From the NCBI GenBank assembly GCA_965203055.1, contig OZ241863.1:320001-384000 (forward strand): DNA of 64,000 nt, given 5' to 3'. Made by a program: the position numbers and the translations under genes. The DNA is from Spirochaetia bacterium (GTDB taxonomy: Bacteria; Spirochaetota; Spirochaetia; SZUA-6; Bin103). The notes beneath the pieces were generated by a model. It was not told the DNA's origin. It saw nothing but the letters and a program-made list of their open reading frames with translations, and made no database searches. Of this stretch, positions 16,932 through 26,668 are shown one piece after another (positions within the stretch are counted from its first letter, which is position 1; each line of letters starts with the position of its first letter).

Positions 16932-18402
16932 GGCAGTTCAGGAGCATCCCAACATCATCGTCATTATCACCGACACCTTTCGCCGCGACAACTTGGGCGC
17001 GCGGGCGCGGCGCCCGGTCCACACCCCGGAGCTGGACCGCTTCGCCGCGGAGCGCGCCACCGAGCTCACCGGGCTGACCATGAGCAGCTTCCCCACCATC
17101 CCCCATCGCACCGACTTCGCCAGCGGCACCGTGGGCTGGCCGCATTACGGCTGGCAGCCGATCAGTCACAGCACGCTCAATCACGCCGCCGCGCTGCTGG
17201 CCGGGCAGGGTTACTTTACGCAGCTCATCTGCGACTGCCCGCACCTGTTCAAGGCGGGTTTCCAGGCCGGCTTCCAGGGCAGCTACCAGCACCGCGGCCA
17301 GGAAGGGGACCTGACCCTGCTGCACATGGACGACCCGATCGCCGAGGCGATGCCGCGTGCCAAGACCCGCCCTACGCCGGCGACCTTCGGCGCCCCCCTG
17401 ATCGATCTGCACCGCTGGCTCAACGACATCCGCACCGAGGCCGACACCTTCTGCGCCCGCACCGCGCTCACCGCGGCCACCTGGCTGGAACGCAACTACC
17501 GTTCCGGTCCGTTCTTCCTGTGGGTGGATTTCTTCGATCCCCACGAGCCGTGGGATCCTCCGGAATACCTGGTGCGGCGCTACGATCCCGACTACGCCGG
17601 CGCGCCGATGCTGCATCCCAACTACGGCCCGGCGGACCGCTACGACGCCGCCGAGTTGCATAACCTGTGGGCGCACTACGCCGCGGAGTCGGAGTTGGTG
17701 GACCGCCACATCGGGCGCATCCTGCAGAAGCTCGACGACCTCGATCTGTGGCAGCGCTCGCTGGTGGTGGTCATGGCCGACCACGGCATCGCGATCGGCG
17801 AGCACAACTGCTGCGGCAAGAGCAACATCACCCCCGACGACGCGCGCTTCTGGCCGTTGTACCCGGAACTGAGCAACGAGCTGTGCCTCATCGCCGGCAC
17901 CGCCCAGGCCGGCGCGGTACCCGCCGGCGGCCAACTCGATCTCATGGCGCAGCCGATGGATCTGCTGCCCACGCTGTGCGAGCTGGCGGGCGTGACGCTG
18001 GCGCCGCCGCAACCGCTGCAGGGCAGTTCCTTCGCGCGCCAACTGCTGGCCGGCGGCGGCCAGTTGCGCGACCTGGTGATCACCGGCGCCCACGCGCGCC
18101 CGGCCGCGGAAACCCCGCACCAACTGCCGGCCCGCGCCTCCACGCCGTTCCTGCGCACCGGGTCGTGGGGATACGCCCCGGTCGGTCCCGGCGGCGCGCC
18201 CCAGCTCTTCGACCTCGCCGCCGACCCGCTGGCGGAGCAGGACGTGGCCGCGCAGAACCCCGCCGCGGTGCGCGAGTTGCATGATCTGTTTCTGCGCACC
18301 TTGCGCGACTATGGCGCTAGCGAAGCGGTGCAGGCGCTGTGGCGCGCGCCCGGCAGCGGCGCCGCCGGCGGGAGCTGGGCGCGCGACTACCTGGACCGCT
18401 GA
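16930..18402 (+). CDS. Sulfatase-like alkaline-phosphatase-superfamily hydrolase (Thr at the nucleophile position)
   Basis: PNIIVIITDTFRRD, TPELDRFA, SFPTIPHR, FFDPHEPWDPP, VMADHG, LFDLAADP. Confidence 0.85.
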   Translation: MAVQEHPNIIVIITDTFRRDNLGARARRPVHTPELDRFAAERATELTGLTMSSFPTIPHRTDFASGTVGWPHYGWQPISHSTLNHAAALLAGQGYFTQLICDCPHLFKAGFQAGFQGSYQHRGQEGDLTLLHMDDPIAEAMPRAKTRPTPATFGAPLIDLHRWLNDIRTEADTFCARTALTAATWLERNYRSGPFFLWVDFFDPHEPWDPPEYLVRRYDPDYAGAPMLHPNYGPADRYDAAELHNLWAHYAAESELVDRHIGRILQKLDDLDLWQRSLVVVMADHGIAIGEHNCCGKSNITPDDARFWPLYPELSNELCLIAGTAQAGAVPAGGQLDLMAQPMDLLPTLCELAGVTLAPPQPLQGSSFARQLLAGGGQLRDLVITGAHARPAAETPHQLPARASTPFLRTGSWGYAPVGPGGAPQLFDLAADPLAEQDVAAQNPAAVRELHDLFLRTLRDYGASEAVQALWRAPGSGAAGGSWARDYLDR

Positions 18403-18425
18403 ACGCGGCGCACGGAGGAAACGGC

Positions 18426-19814
18426 ATGGCAAAGCCCCCCAACATCATCCTGCTCGGCATCGACTCGCTGAGCGCCGGCCACCTGAGCAGTTACGGCTAC
18501 CGGCGCCTGACCAGCCCGCACCTGGATCGGTTCGCCGCCGACGCGGCGCTGTTCGAGCGCACCTTCTCGCCGGCGATTCCCACCACCCCGGCGTACTGTT
18601 CCATGCTCTCCGGGCTGGACTGCTTCAGCACGCAGGTGGTGGCGCTGCGCCACCGCGGGCCGCTGGGCGCCGCAGTCACCACCCTGCCGGAGCTGCTGCG
18701 CCCGCACGGCTACGCCAGCACCTGCGTCGGCTTCAGCGGCAACCCCAGCGCGCGCGGCTTCGACACCTACCTCGACTACGAGGCGTGGCGCAACGATCCC
18801 GGCGGGCGCGCCCCCAAGGCGCAGCTCCTGAATCAGGTGACGCTGCCGGAGCTGGACCGGCTGCTCGACGCGGACGATCCCTTTCTGCTGTTCCTGCGGC
18901 ACATGGACCCGCACTCCCCCTACCTGCCGCCGCACCCCTACGAACGCATCTTCTACCACGGCGACGAGTGCGACCCCGGCAACCGTTCCATGGAGCCGGT
19001 GCGGGCGTTCAAGCCGTTCCGCGACTACTTCGCCGCCTGGATGCCGCCGCGAATCACCGACAAGGATTACGTGATCGCCCAGTACGACGGCGCCATCGCC
19101 TACATGGACGCGGCGATTCAGGGGATCTTCAACGCTCTGGAGGCGCGCGGGGTCCTGGACGAGACCATCGTGGTGGTAAACGGCGATCACGGCGAGACCC
19201 TGTACGACCACGAGTGCTGGTTCGATCACCACGGCCTGTACGACAACGTGCTGCACGTGCCCCTGATCCTGCGCTATCCGCCGGCCGTGCCGCGCGGCGT
19301 GCGGGTGGCGGGTTACAACCAGCACCAGGATCTGGTGCCGACGCTGCTGGAACTGGCCGGGCTGCCGTACGATCCGGCGCGCTTCGACGGCGCCAGCCTG
19401 CTCCCGCTGGCGCGCGGCGAGGCCGCCAGCCATGCCAGCGAGCTGTACCTGACCGAGTGCACCTGGATGCGCAAGCACGGCTGGCGCACGCCGGAATGGA
19501 AGCTGATCGCGGCGCTGGAGCCCGACTTCCACTTCAAGCCGCCGCTGGAGCTGTACCGGCTCACCGACGACCCCGGCGAGCTGCGCAACCTGGCTGAGGA
19601 GCTGCCAGACGTGGCGGCATTCCTGCAGGCGCGGATGGAGGGCTGGATCGAGCGGCGCACCCGCGCTACCGGGTTGCCGGCGCCGATTCTGCACCAGGGG
19701 GACTGGCACGGCCACGCCGGCGTGGGGCCGTTCAGCTCCGCGCAGCAGGCCTACGACACGCTGCATATCGGCGACCCGGGCGCGGCGCAGCGGCTGCAGG
19801 CCGGCGGCAAGTGA
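18426..19814 (+). CDS. Sulfatase-like alkaline-phosphatase-superfamily hydrolase (Thr at the nucleophile position)
   Basis: PNIILLGIDSL..HLSSYGY, TSPHLD, IPTTPAY, MDPHSPYLPP, NGDHGE, DHHGLY; GGAGG RBS. Confidence 0.87.
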   Translation: MAKPPNIILLGIDSLSAGHLSSYGYRRLTSPHLDRFAADAALFERTFSPAIPTTPAYCSMLSGLDCFSTQVVALRHRGPLGAAVTTLPELLRPHGYASTCVGFSGNPSARGFDTYLDYEAWRNDPGGRAPKAQLLNQVTLPELDRLLDADDPFLLFLRHMDPHSPYLPPHPYERIFYHGDECDPGNRSMEPVRAFKPFRDYFAAWMPPRITDKDYVIAQYDGAIAYMDAAIQGIFNALEARGVLDETIVVVNGDHGETLYDHECWFDHHGLYDNVLHVPLILRYPPAVPRGVRVAGYNQHQDLVPTLLELAGLPYDPARFDGASLLPLARGEAASHASELYLTECTWMRKHGWRTPEWKLIAALEPDFHFKPPLELYRLTDDPGELRNLAEELPDVAAFLQARMEGWIERRTRATGLPAPILHQGDWHGHAGVGPFSSAQQAYDTLHIGDPGAAQRLQAGGK

Positions 19815-19908
19815 GCCGCGCGCAGGCCGCCGCGGCGGCGCGGGGCGCGGCGCGGCGCGCCGGCGAACGGGACGCCGCCGGACGGGGGCAGCCGGGGGCG
19901 TACCGGCG

Positions 19909-21201
19909 ATGAAGCGCGTGACCCTGGCCTACGGGCGCACCGGTCTGACCGTCGAGCTGCCCGCGCATGCCGAGGTGCTGCGCCCGCGGGCGGTGGCCGG
20001 CGTGGCCGACGAGCGCGCCGCGCTGCAGGCGGCGCTGGCCGACCCGGTGGGCGCGCCGCCGCTGGCGCAGTTGGCCGCCGGCAAGCGCCGCGTGGTGGTG
20101 ACCCACAGCGACATCACCCGCGCCACGCCCAATGACCGCATCCTGCCGGTGCTGCTGCAGGCCCTGGAGCGGGCCGGCGTGGAGCGCGGCGACATCACCC
20201 TGCTCAACGCGCTCGGCACCCACCGCCGCCAGACCGCGGCCGAGCTGCGGAAGCTGCTCGGAGCAGAGGTCGCCGCGCGCTACCGCTGCCTGCAGCACGA
20301 CGCCTGGGACGACGCCGGCCTGGCGGCGGCCGGCACCACCAGCCGCGGCAACGCCATCCGTCTCAACCGGACGGTGATGGAAGCCGACTTGGTGATCTTT
20401 ACCGGCTTCATCGAGCCGCACTTCTTTGCCGGCTTCAGCGGCGGGCCGAAGGGCGCGCTGCCGGCCCTGGCCGGCCACGAGAGCGTGCTGACCAACCACG
20501 GCTACGCCATGATCGGCGACCCGCGCGCGACCTGGGGCGTTACCGAGGGCAACCCGATCTGGGAGGAGATGCGCGAGGCGGCGCGGTTCATCGAACCGCT
20601 GTTCCTGCTCAACGTCACCCTCAACGCCGGCGGCGAGATCAGCGGCGTGTTCGCCGGCGACGTGCTGGAGGCGCACCGCCGCGGCTGCGCCTTCGTGCGC
20701 GCGTCGGCCATGGTGCCGGTGGAGGAGCCGTTCGACGCGGTAGTTACCACCAACAGCGGCTACCCGCTGGATCAGAACCTCTACCAGACGGTGAAGGGAA
20801 TGCAGGCGGCCAAGGGCATCGTGCGCGCCGGCGGCGCCATCCTGCTGGCGGCGGCCTGCGAGGACGGCCTGCCGCGCCACGGCCGCTACGCCGAGTTGCT
20901 GGCCGAGACCGGCTCGCCCGAGGCGATCCTGGAGCTGCTACGGCGTCCCGGGTTTGCGGCGCAGGACCAGTGGCAGGTGCAGATCCAGGCGCAGATCCAG
21001 CGCCACGCCGAGGTCTACGTATACAGCGACGGCCTCGACGACGCCGAGATCCGCGCCGCGCTGCTCACCCCGACCCGCGACCTCGCGGCCACCCTGGCGG
21101 ACCTGCGGCCGCAGCGGTTGTGCGTGCTGCCCGAGGGGCCGCTGACCATCGCCTACCTGCGCCAGGAGGCCGATTCGACCGCTGCCGCCAGCTCGCGGTA
21201 G
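19909..21201 (+). CDS. larA: Nickel-pincer-dependent lactate racemase family protein (LarA homolog)
   Basis: SDITRATP, ALGTHR, IEPHFFAGFSGGPK, NH, NLYQTVK conserved LarA residues. Confidence 0.88.
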   Translation: MKRVTLAYGRTGLTVELPAHAEVLRPRAVAGVADERAALQAALADPVGAPPLAQLAAGKRRVVVTHSDITRATPNDRILPVLLQALERAGVERGDITLLNALGTHRRQTAAELRKLLGAEVAARYRCLQHDAWDDAGLAAAGTTSRGNAIRLNRTVMEADLVIFTGFIEPHFFAGFSGGPKGALPALAGHESVLTNHGYAMIGDPRATWGVTEGNPIWEEMREAARFIEPLFLLNVTLNAGGEISGVFAGDVLEAHRRGCAFVRASAMVPVEEPFDAVVTTNSGYPLDQNLYQTVKGMQAAKGIVRAGGAILLAAACEDGLPRHGRYAELLAETGSPEAILELLRRPGFAAQDQWQVQIQAQIQRHAEVYVYSDGLDDAEIRAALLTPTRDLAATLADLRPQRLCVLPEGPLTIAYLRQEADSTAAASSR

Positions 21202-22802
21202 CGGCCATAGCCTTCGGTGTAACGCGCGGCGCGCTCCGGGTCAGGTTCGCAGACAGCCTTGAAGCCGGCGCACATCGCCGTCTGGGCCTCCTCCACGCGG
21301 GCGTAGTGGCCGGCGGCGGTGGCGGCGAACATGGCCGCGCCGAGGGCGCTGCCCTCCTCGGTGGCGGCCAACTTGATCGGCATGCCGAGGACGTCCGCCG
21401 CCACCTGCACCGCGAAGTCGGAACGCTGCGAGATGCCGCCCAGGGCGATGATCTCCTCCACCGCGATGCCGGCGGCGGTGAAGTGCTCGTTGATCGCGCG
21501 GCTGCCGTAGGCGGTGGCTTCCACCAGCGAACGGAACAGGGCCGGAGCATCGGCGCCGAGACTGAGCCCGGTGATCGCCGCCTGCAGCCCGGCGTCGGCG
21601 TTGGGGCTGCGGCGGCCGTTGAACCAGTCCAGGCTCAGCACGCCCGCCGGATCCACCGGCAGGGCCGCGGCCGCCGCCGCCAGGTCATCGAGCAGCCGCG
21701 CCTCCAGCGGCGCCCGCCGGGCCGCCGGCAGGGTGCGCAGCGGCCAGCGCAGCAGGTCGCGGAACCACGCGTAGACGTCGCCGTAGGCTGACTGACCCGC
21801 CTCCAGGCCCACCATCCCGGGGATGATGGAGCCGTCCACCTGGCCGCAGATGCCCGGGATCAGGCGGTCGCCCAGCGCGCCGGCGTCGGCCACCACCATG
21901 TCGCAGGTGGAGGTGCCCAGGATCTTGGTCAGGGCGCCGGGCCGGATGCCGCCGCCTACCGCGCCCAGGTGGGCGTCGAAGCCGCCGGCCGCCACCGCAA
22001 TGCCGGCCGGCAGGCCGAGGCGCGCCGCCCATTCGCCGCTCAGCCGGCCGGCGCACTGGTCGGCGGTATGCGAGTCCTCGTACAGCCGCCCGCGCAGCTC
22101 CGCCAGCCGCGGGTCCAGGCGGCCCAGGAACTCGGCGCTCGGCAAGCCGCCCCACGACTCGTGCCACATCGCCTTGTGGCCGGCGGCGGCCCGCCCGCGG
22201 CGCAGCTCGGCCGGGGCCGCGGCGCCCACCAGCAGACCGGGGATCCAATCGCAGTGCTCGCTCCAGGAGCAGGCCGCGGCGGCCACCGCCGGGTCGGCGC
22301 GCAGCACGTGCAGCACCTTCGCCCAGAACCACTCCGGCGAATAGACGCCGCCCTCGAAACGGGTGTAATCGGGGCCGCCCCAGGTCCGCGCCAGCGCATT
22401 GATCTCCTCCGCTTCGCGCGCCGCGGTGTGGTCCTTCCACAGCACGAACATCGCGTTGGGGTTGTCGGCGAAGCGGGCGTCGAGGGCCAGCGGGCGCCCG
22501 CTCTCGTCCACCGCGCACACCGTCGATCCGGTGGTGGCCACCCCGATTCCGATGATGCCGCCGCGCTGCGCCGCGCTCAGCCCGCCCGCCAGTTGGCGGC
22601 AGGCCCGCTCCAGGCTCTCGAGGTAGTCGAGGGGATGCTGTCGGAACCGATTGGCCGCGGCGTTGCAGTAGCGGCCGTCGCTCCAGCGCGGGTAGACCGC
22701 CGCGGCGCGCGCCTCCTGGGCTCCGGTGTCCGCGCGCACCAGCACGACGCGCACCGAGTCGGTGCCGAAGTCGATGCCGACGCAGCGCGGCTCAGCCATC
22801 AC
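21153..22802 (-). CDS. araB: Ribulokinase (FGGY family)
   Basis: GIDFGTDSVR, FRQHPLDY, MFVLWKDHTA, FDAHLGAVG, ILGTSTCD, GICGQVDGSIIPG, LDWFNGRRSP. Confidence 0.9.
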   Translation of the reverse strand: MMAEPRCVGIDFGTDSVRVVLVRADTGAQEARAAAVYPRWSDGRYCNAAANRFRQHPLDYLESLERACRQLAGGLSAAQRGGIIGIGVATTGSTVCAVDESGRPLALDARFADNPNAMFVLWKDHTAAREAEEINALARTWGGPDYTRFEGGVYSPEWFWAKVLHVLRADPAVAAAACSWSEHCDWIPGLLVGAAAPAELRRGRAAAGHKAMWHESWGGLPSAEFLGRLDPRLAELRGRLYEDSHTADQCAGRLSGEWAARLGLPAGIAVAAGGFDAHLGAVGGGIRPGALTKILGTSTCDMVVADAGALGDRLIPGICGQVDGSIIPGMVGLEAGQSAYGDVYAWFRDLLRWPLRTLPAARRAPLEARLLDDLAAAAAALPVDPAGVLSLDWFNGRRSPNADAGLQAAITGLSLGADAPALFRSLVEATAYGSRAINEHFTAAGIAVEEIIALGGISQRSDFAVQVAADVLGMPIKLAATEEGSALGAAMFAATAAGHYARVEEAQTAMCAGFKAVCEPDPERAARYTEGYGRYRELAAAVESASWRR

Positions 22803-22813
22803 TCAGGCCGGTT

Positions 22814-23248
22814 TCAGGATTTCTTCCGGCGCAGCGCCACGCTGGTGACGATCGTCGAGGTGACGAGGCTCAGCAACCCGCCGATGCCGATGTCGATCGG
22901 AACCAGAATGCCGGGCCAGTTGGCGATGCTGATGTAGGTGGGCACGATGTAGGTGGCATACGCCGCGCAGCCCAACACGAAGCTGTTGTGTACCGCCCGG
23001 CTGAGCCGCTGCTCGCGGAGCGCCGGTTCGATTGCCAGATAGCTGTTGCCGAGTCCGATCAGCAGCATGAACACCGCCACGGCGACGATCTCCGGGCCGC
23101 CCCACGTGTCCATCGCCTTGCCGAAGCTCCAATCGTTGCCGCTCGCCGCATGGAGGCGCGCGTACATGTTGCGGGCGATCGGGGTGACGTTCCATCCTAC
23201 GTCGATGACCGCGTAGACGCCGGTTGCGAACAAGAACCTGAGTAGCAT
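22814..23248 (-). CDS. Small membrane protein, DUF2177-like
   Basis: Four hydrophobic segments; VID..W, AYATY, NWP..LVPIDI pattern. Confidence 0.65.
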   Translation of the reverse strand: MLLRFLFATGVYAVIDVGWNVTPIARNMYARLHAASGNDWSFGKAMDTWGGPEIVAVAVFMLLIGLGNSYLAIEPALREQRLSRAVHNSFVLGCAAYATYIVPTYISIANWPGILVPIDIGIGGLLSLVTSTIVTSVALRRKKS

Positions 23249-23324
23249 GGCGTCCGACTCTACCGCTCATCGAACAAGGTAGCAACACCAGGGCCGCGGG
23301 CCGCGGGGCAGGACGGGCAGGCCC

Positions 23325-24137
23325 TCACAGGAGTCCGCGGAACCAGTCCCTGACGCGCACCTTGTCCGCGCCGCCGCCGAATCCGAGGCAGAACCAGCCG
23401 CGGTACCCGGCTGCCCGCAACGCCGCGAACAGCGCCGCGAAGTCGATGTTCCCCTCCCCCGGCACGAGATGAACCTCGTAGTCGCCGCAGTTGTCGTTCA
23501 GGCGCACCTGGCCGATGTCGTCGGCTCCGAAGACGTCGAGAAAGCCGCGCCACCCTTCCGGCACCAGGTTGCCGTGCGCCACGTTGAACGCCCACTTGAA
23601 GCAGGGCGAGCGAATGGCGTCGAAGAACCAGCGGGTCTCCTCGACGGTGTGCGGCAGGTAGTGCATTTCGGCGTGCTCCGGTTCCCGGTTGTGGTTCTCG
23701 AAGAACACGGTGAGATTCTTCCGCTCGGCGAGGTCGGCGAGCCGGCGCAGGCGCTCGATCGCCGCGGCGCGCCGCCGCCCGAGGTCGCCGAAGTGGTAGC
23801 CGCCGTGGCCGATGATCCAGCCGCAGCCGAGCCGCTCCGCCAGCTCGAGGTTGGCCGCCAGATAGTCGCTCGCCGCTTCCGCCATGATCGGCACGTACTC
23901 CGCGTTGTTGACGGCGGAGGAGGGGTGAATGCCGAGCGCCACGCCGTGCCGCTGGCACAGGTCGCGCACCCTGCGCACCCGAGCGCGGTCGAAGGAGGCG
24001 AGGTCGTTGGGCGGCAGGTCCGCCTGAAAGTCGATGTAGCGAAACCCGTTGCGCCCCGCCCAGCCGACCGATTCCTCGAGCGGCTGCGACTGCGGCGCGT
24101 CGAACCCGAACCGTTCATCCATCTCATTCATCTGCAT
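23325..24137 (-). CDS. Sugar phosphate isomerase/epimerase (AP-endonuclease-2 TIM barrel)
   Basis: IHP, HGGY, FFENHN, FNVAH, RLNDNCG..EVHLVPGEGNIDF. Confidence 0.82.
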   Translation of the reverse strand: MQMNEMDERFGFDAPQSQPLEESVGWAGRNGFRYIDFQADLPPNDLASFDRARVRRVRDLCQRHGVALGIHPSSAVNNAEYVPIMAEAASDYLAANLELAERLGCGWIIGHGGYHFGDLGRRRAAAIERLRRLADLAERKNLTVFFENHNREPEHAEMHYLPHTVEETRWFFDAIRSPCFKWAFNVAHGNLVPEGWRGFLDVFGADDIGQVRLNDNCGDYEVHLVPGEGNIDFAALFAALRAAGYRGWFCLGFGGGADKVRVRDWFRGLL

Positions 24138-24169
24138 CTTCCCGGCGTCCAGCTTATACTATCCTGCCA

Positions 24170-25558
24170 ATGGCTGGGTCCGGCGGGCTTCCACTGCGTA
24201 TCAAGATGGGCTACGGCGTCGGCGACGTGGGCGGCAACCTGTTCTTCACCATCATGGGATTCTGGCTGCTCAACTTCGTCACCGACACGCTCGGCCTGGC
24301 GGCCTCCCTGGCCGGGGTGGCGCTGCTGATCGGGCGCGCCTGGGATGCGGTGACGGACCCGCTGATGGGCACTCTGTCGGACCGTACCGTGTCCCGCTGG
24401 GGGCGGCGGCGGCCCTACCTGCTGTTCGGGGCGGCGGCGGTGGTGGCCGGGATGACGCTGGTGTTCCTGGACGTGGGCGGGCGCGGCTGGAGTCAGGGCG
24501 CCCTGTTCGTCTGGGTGGTGTTCGCGTTCTGCCTCGTGAACAGCGCCTACACCGTCGTGTTCGTACCCTACGCGGCGCTGACGCCGGAGCTGGCGCGCGG
24601 CTTCCAGGAACGCACCAATCTCAACGGCTACCGCATGTCGTGGGCGATCGTCGGCACGCTGCTCGGCGCCGGGGGGTTTTCGGTGGTGGTGGAGCTGGCC
24701 GCCGGCGCGGGAGCGGGTTCCGGTTACACGGTCGCCGGGGCGCTGTTCGGGCTGGTCACTGCGCTGGTGGTGCTGATTACCTTCGCCTCGGTGCGCGAGC
24801 GCCCGGCGGCGCCGGAGCGCGCGCCGGCGAACCGCGCGCCGGAGGGCAGCGCGTTGGCGGGCTATGCCGCGGCCTTGAAGGTACGGCCGTTTCGCTTGGC
24901 GCTGGTTGCCTGGACGCTGTTCATTGCCGGTACCATCGTCGCGACGAGCGCGGTTCCGTTCTACTTCGAGCACGTGTACGGGCGCCCGGAGTTGGCCGCC
25001 GGGGGCTCGCTGGTGCTGTTGCTGGCCGCGTTCGCGGCGATTCCCGGCTGGGTGTGGCTGGCCGGGCGGATCGGCAAGCGCACCGCCTATTGCGCCGGCA
25101 TGGCGCTGTTCGGCGCGGCATTGCTGGCCGCCTACCTGGTGGCGCAGCGTGACCTGACCACCCTGTTCGTTGTGATGGGGGTGGCCGGCGTCGGGCTGGC
25201 AGCCAACTACGTGCTGCCCTGGTCGATCATTCCCGACGTGGTGGACTACGACGAGCTGGCCAACGGCCGGCGCCGCGAGGGGGTGCTGTACGGCATGTGG
25301 ACCTTCCTGCAGAAGCTGGGCCTGGGTCTCGCCGCGCTGATCAGCGGCGCGGTATTGCAGTGGACCGGCTACGTGCCCGAGGCGGCGCAGACCCCGCTGG
25401 CGCTGCACGGCATCCGCCTGCTGATCGGGCCGGTCCCGGCGCTGTTCTTCGTGGCCGGCATCCTGGTGCTCGCCCGCTACCCCATCGACCGCGCCGCCCA
25501 CGCCGAGATACGCGCCCGGCTGGAGGCGGCTTCCCCCCGCGCCGCCGGATCGGCGTAG
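24170..25558 (+). CDS. GPH-family (MelB-like) MFS sugar:cation symporter
   Basis: KMGYGVGD, WDAVTDPLMG.LSDRT.SRWGRRRPY, PY.AL.PEL...ERT, DVVDYDE...RREG, YP. Confidence 0.9.
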   Translation: MAGSGGLPLRIKMGYGVGDVGGNLFFTIMGFWLLNFVTDTLGLAASLAGVALLIGRAWDAVTDPLMGTLSDRTVSRWGRRRPYLLFGAAAVVAGMTLVFLDVGGRGWSQGALFVWVVFAFCLVNSAYTVVFVPYAALTPELARGFQERTNLNGYRMSWAIVGTLLGAGGFSVVVELAAGAGAGSGYTVAGALFGLVTALVVLITFASVRERPAAPERAPANRAPEGSALAGYAAALKVRPFRLALVAWTLFIAGTIVATSAVPFYFEHVYGRPELAAGGSLVLLLAAFAAIPGWVWLAGRIGKRTAYCAGMALFGAALLAAYLVAQRDLTTLFVVMGVAGVGLAANYVLPWSIIPDVVDYDELANGRRREGVLYGMWTFLQKLGLGLAALISGAVLQWTGYVPEAAQTPLALHGIRLLIGPVPALFFVAGILVLARYPIDRAAHAEIRARLEAASPRAAGSA

Positions 25559-25631
25559 CGCCCGCCGCGCCCCCGGCGGCCCGATGAACCGGTATGCGCA
25601 GAGGATGATTTGACAGCGGACCTCATTCGGT

Positions 25632-26639
25632 ATGGAATACCGCAACCTGGGAGCTGAGGAGTTGTCCACCACCAACGTCGAACGGGGCATTACCGGTATC
25701 GAATCGCTCGGAGCGGCGGTCCGCGAACGGGGCGCGTGGTGGCGTTACGTACGCCGGAATCCCGCGCTCTACGTGATGCTCATTCCGGGGTTGCTCAATC
25801 TGCTCCTGTTCAAGTACCTGCCGATGTGGGGCATCGTCATCGGCTTCCAGCAGTTTCACCCGGCGCTCGGGGTGTTGGGCAGCAAGTGGGTGGGCTTCAA
25901 GCACTACATCGATTTCTTCAACGATCCCTACTTCTTTCGGCTGGTCAGGAACACGCTGCTGCTCGGCCTGTACACCCTGGCGTTCGGCTTTCCCGCGCCC
26001 ATCGTACTGGCGCTGCTGCTCAACGAGGTGCGCCGCACCGGCTTCAAGCGAGTTACCCAGACGATCTCCTACATGCCCTACTTCATCTCGACGGTGGTCG
26101 TCATCGGCCTGCTGCGCGAGCTCACCAGTCCCAACGACGGCATCGTGAACGCCGTCATCGCGGCGTTCGGCGGCGACAAGATCCCCTTCTTCATACGCCC
26201 CAGGTGGTTTCCGTTCCTCTACGTCACCTCCGGCATCTGGACTCAGATCGGATTCTCCTCCATCATCTACCTGGCGGCCATCGCCAACATCAATCCGGAG
26301 CTGTACGAATCGGCGGTCATGGACGGGGCCAAGCGCTTCGTCCAGGTATGGCACATCACCATTCCCTCCATCCTGCCGGTCATAGTCATCCTCTTCATCC
26401 TTGCCGTAGGCGGCATCCTGGCCACCGATTTTCAGAAGATCCTTCTCATGTACAGCCCGTTTACCTATGAGACTGCGGACGTCATATCGACCTACATCTA
26501 TCGGGTAGGAATCGAGAGCGAGGGCTCCAACTTCAGCTACGCCACCGCGGTCGGCGTGTTTACCGCGCTGATTTCGCTGATCTTTCTGATCATTACCAAC
26601 CGCTTCGCCAAGTCGCTCAGCGAGTATTCGCTGTGGTGA
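25632..26639 (+). CDS. Carbohydrate ABC permease (LplB-like)
   Basis: FKYLPMWG, WVGFKHY, FPAPIVLALLLNE, QTISYMPYFIS, ELYESAVMDGA; start uncertain. Confidence 0.9.
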   Translation: MEYRNLGAEELSTTNVERGITGIESLGAAVRERGAWWRYVRRNPALYVMLIPGLLNLLLFKYLPMWGIVIGFQQFHPALGVLGSKWVGFKHYIDFFNDPYFFRLVRNTLLLGLYTLAFGFPAPIVLALLLNEVRRTGFKRVTQTISYMPYFISTVVVIGLLRELTSPNDGIVNAVIAAFGGDKIPFFIRPRWFPFLYVTSGIWTQIGFSSIIYLAAIANINPELYESAVMDGAKRFVQVWHITIPSILPVIVILFILAVGGILATDFQKILLMYSPFTYETADVISTYIYRVGIESEGSNFSYATAVGVFTALISLIFLIITNRFAKSLSEYSLW

Positions 26640-26668
26640 GCGGAGCGCGCTAGAGGAGCGCCGGCGGC

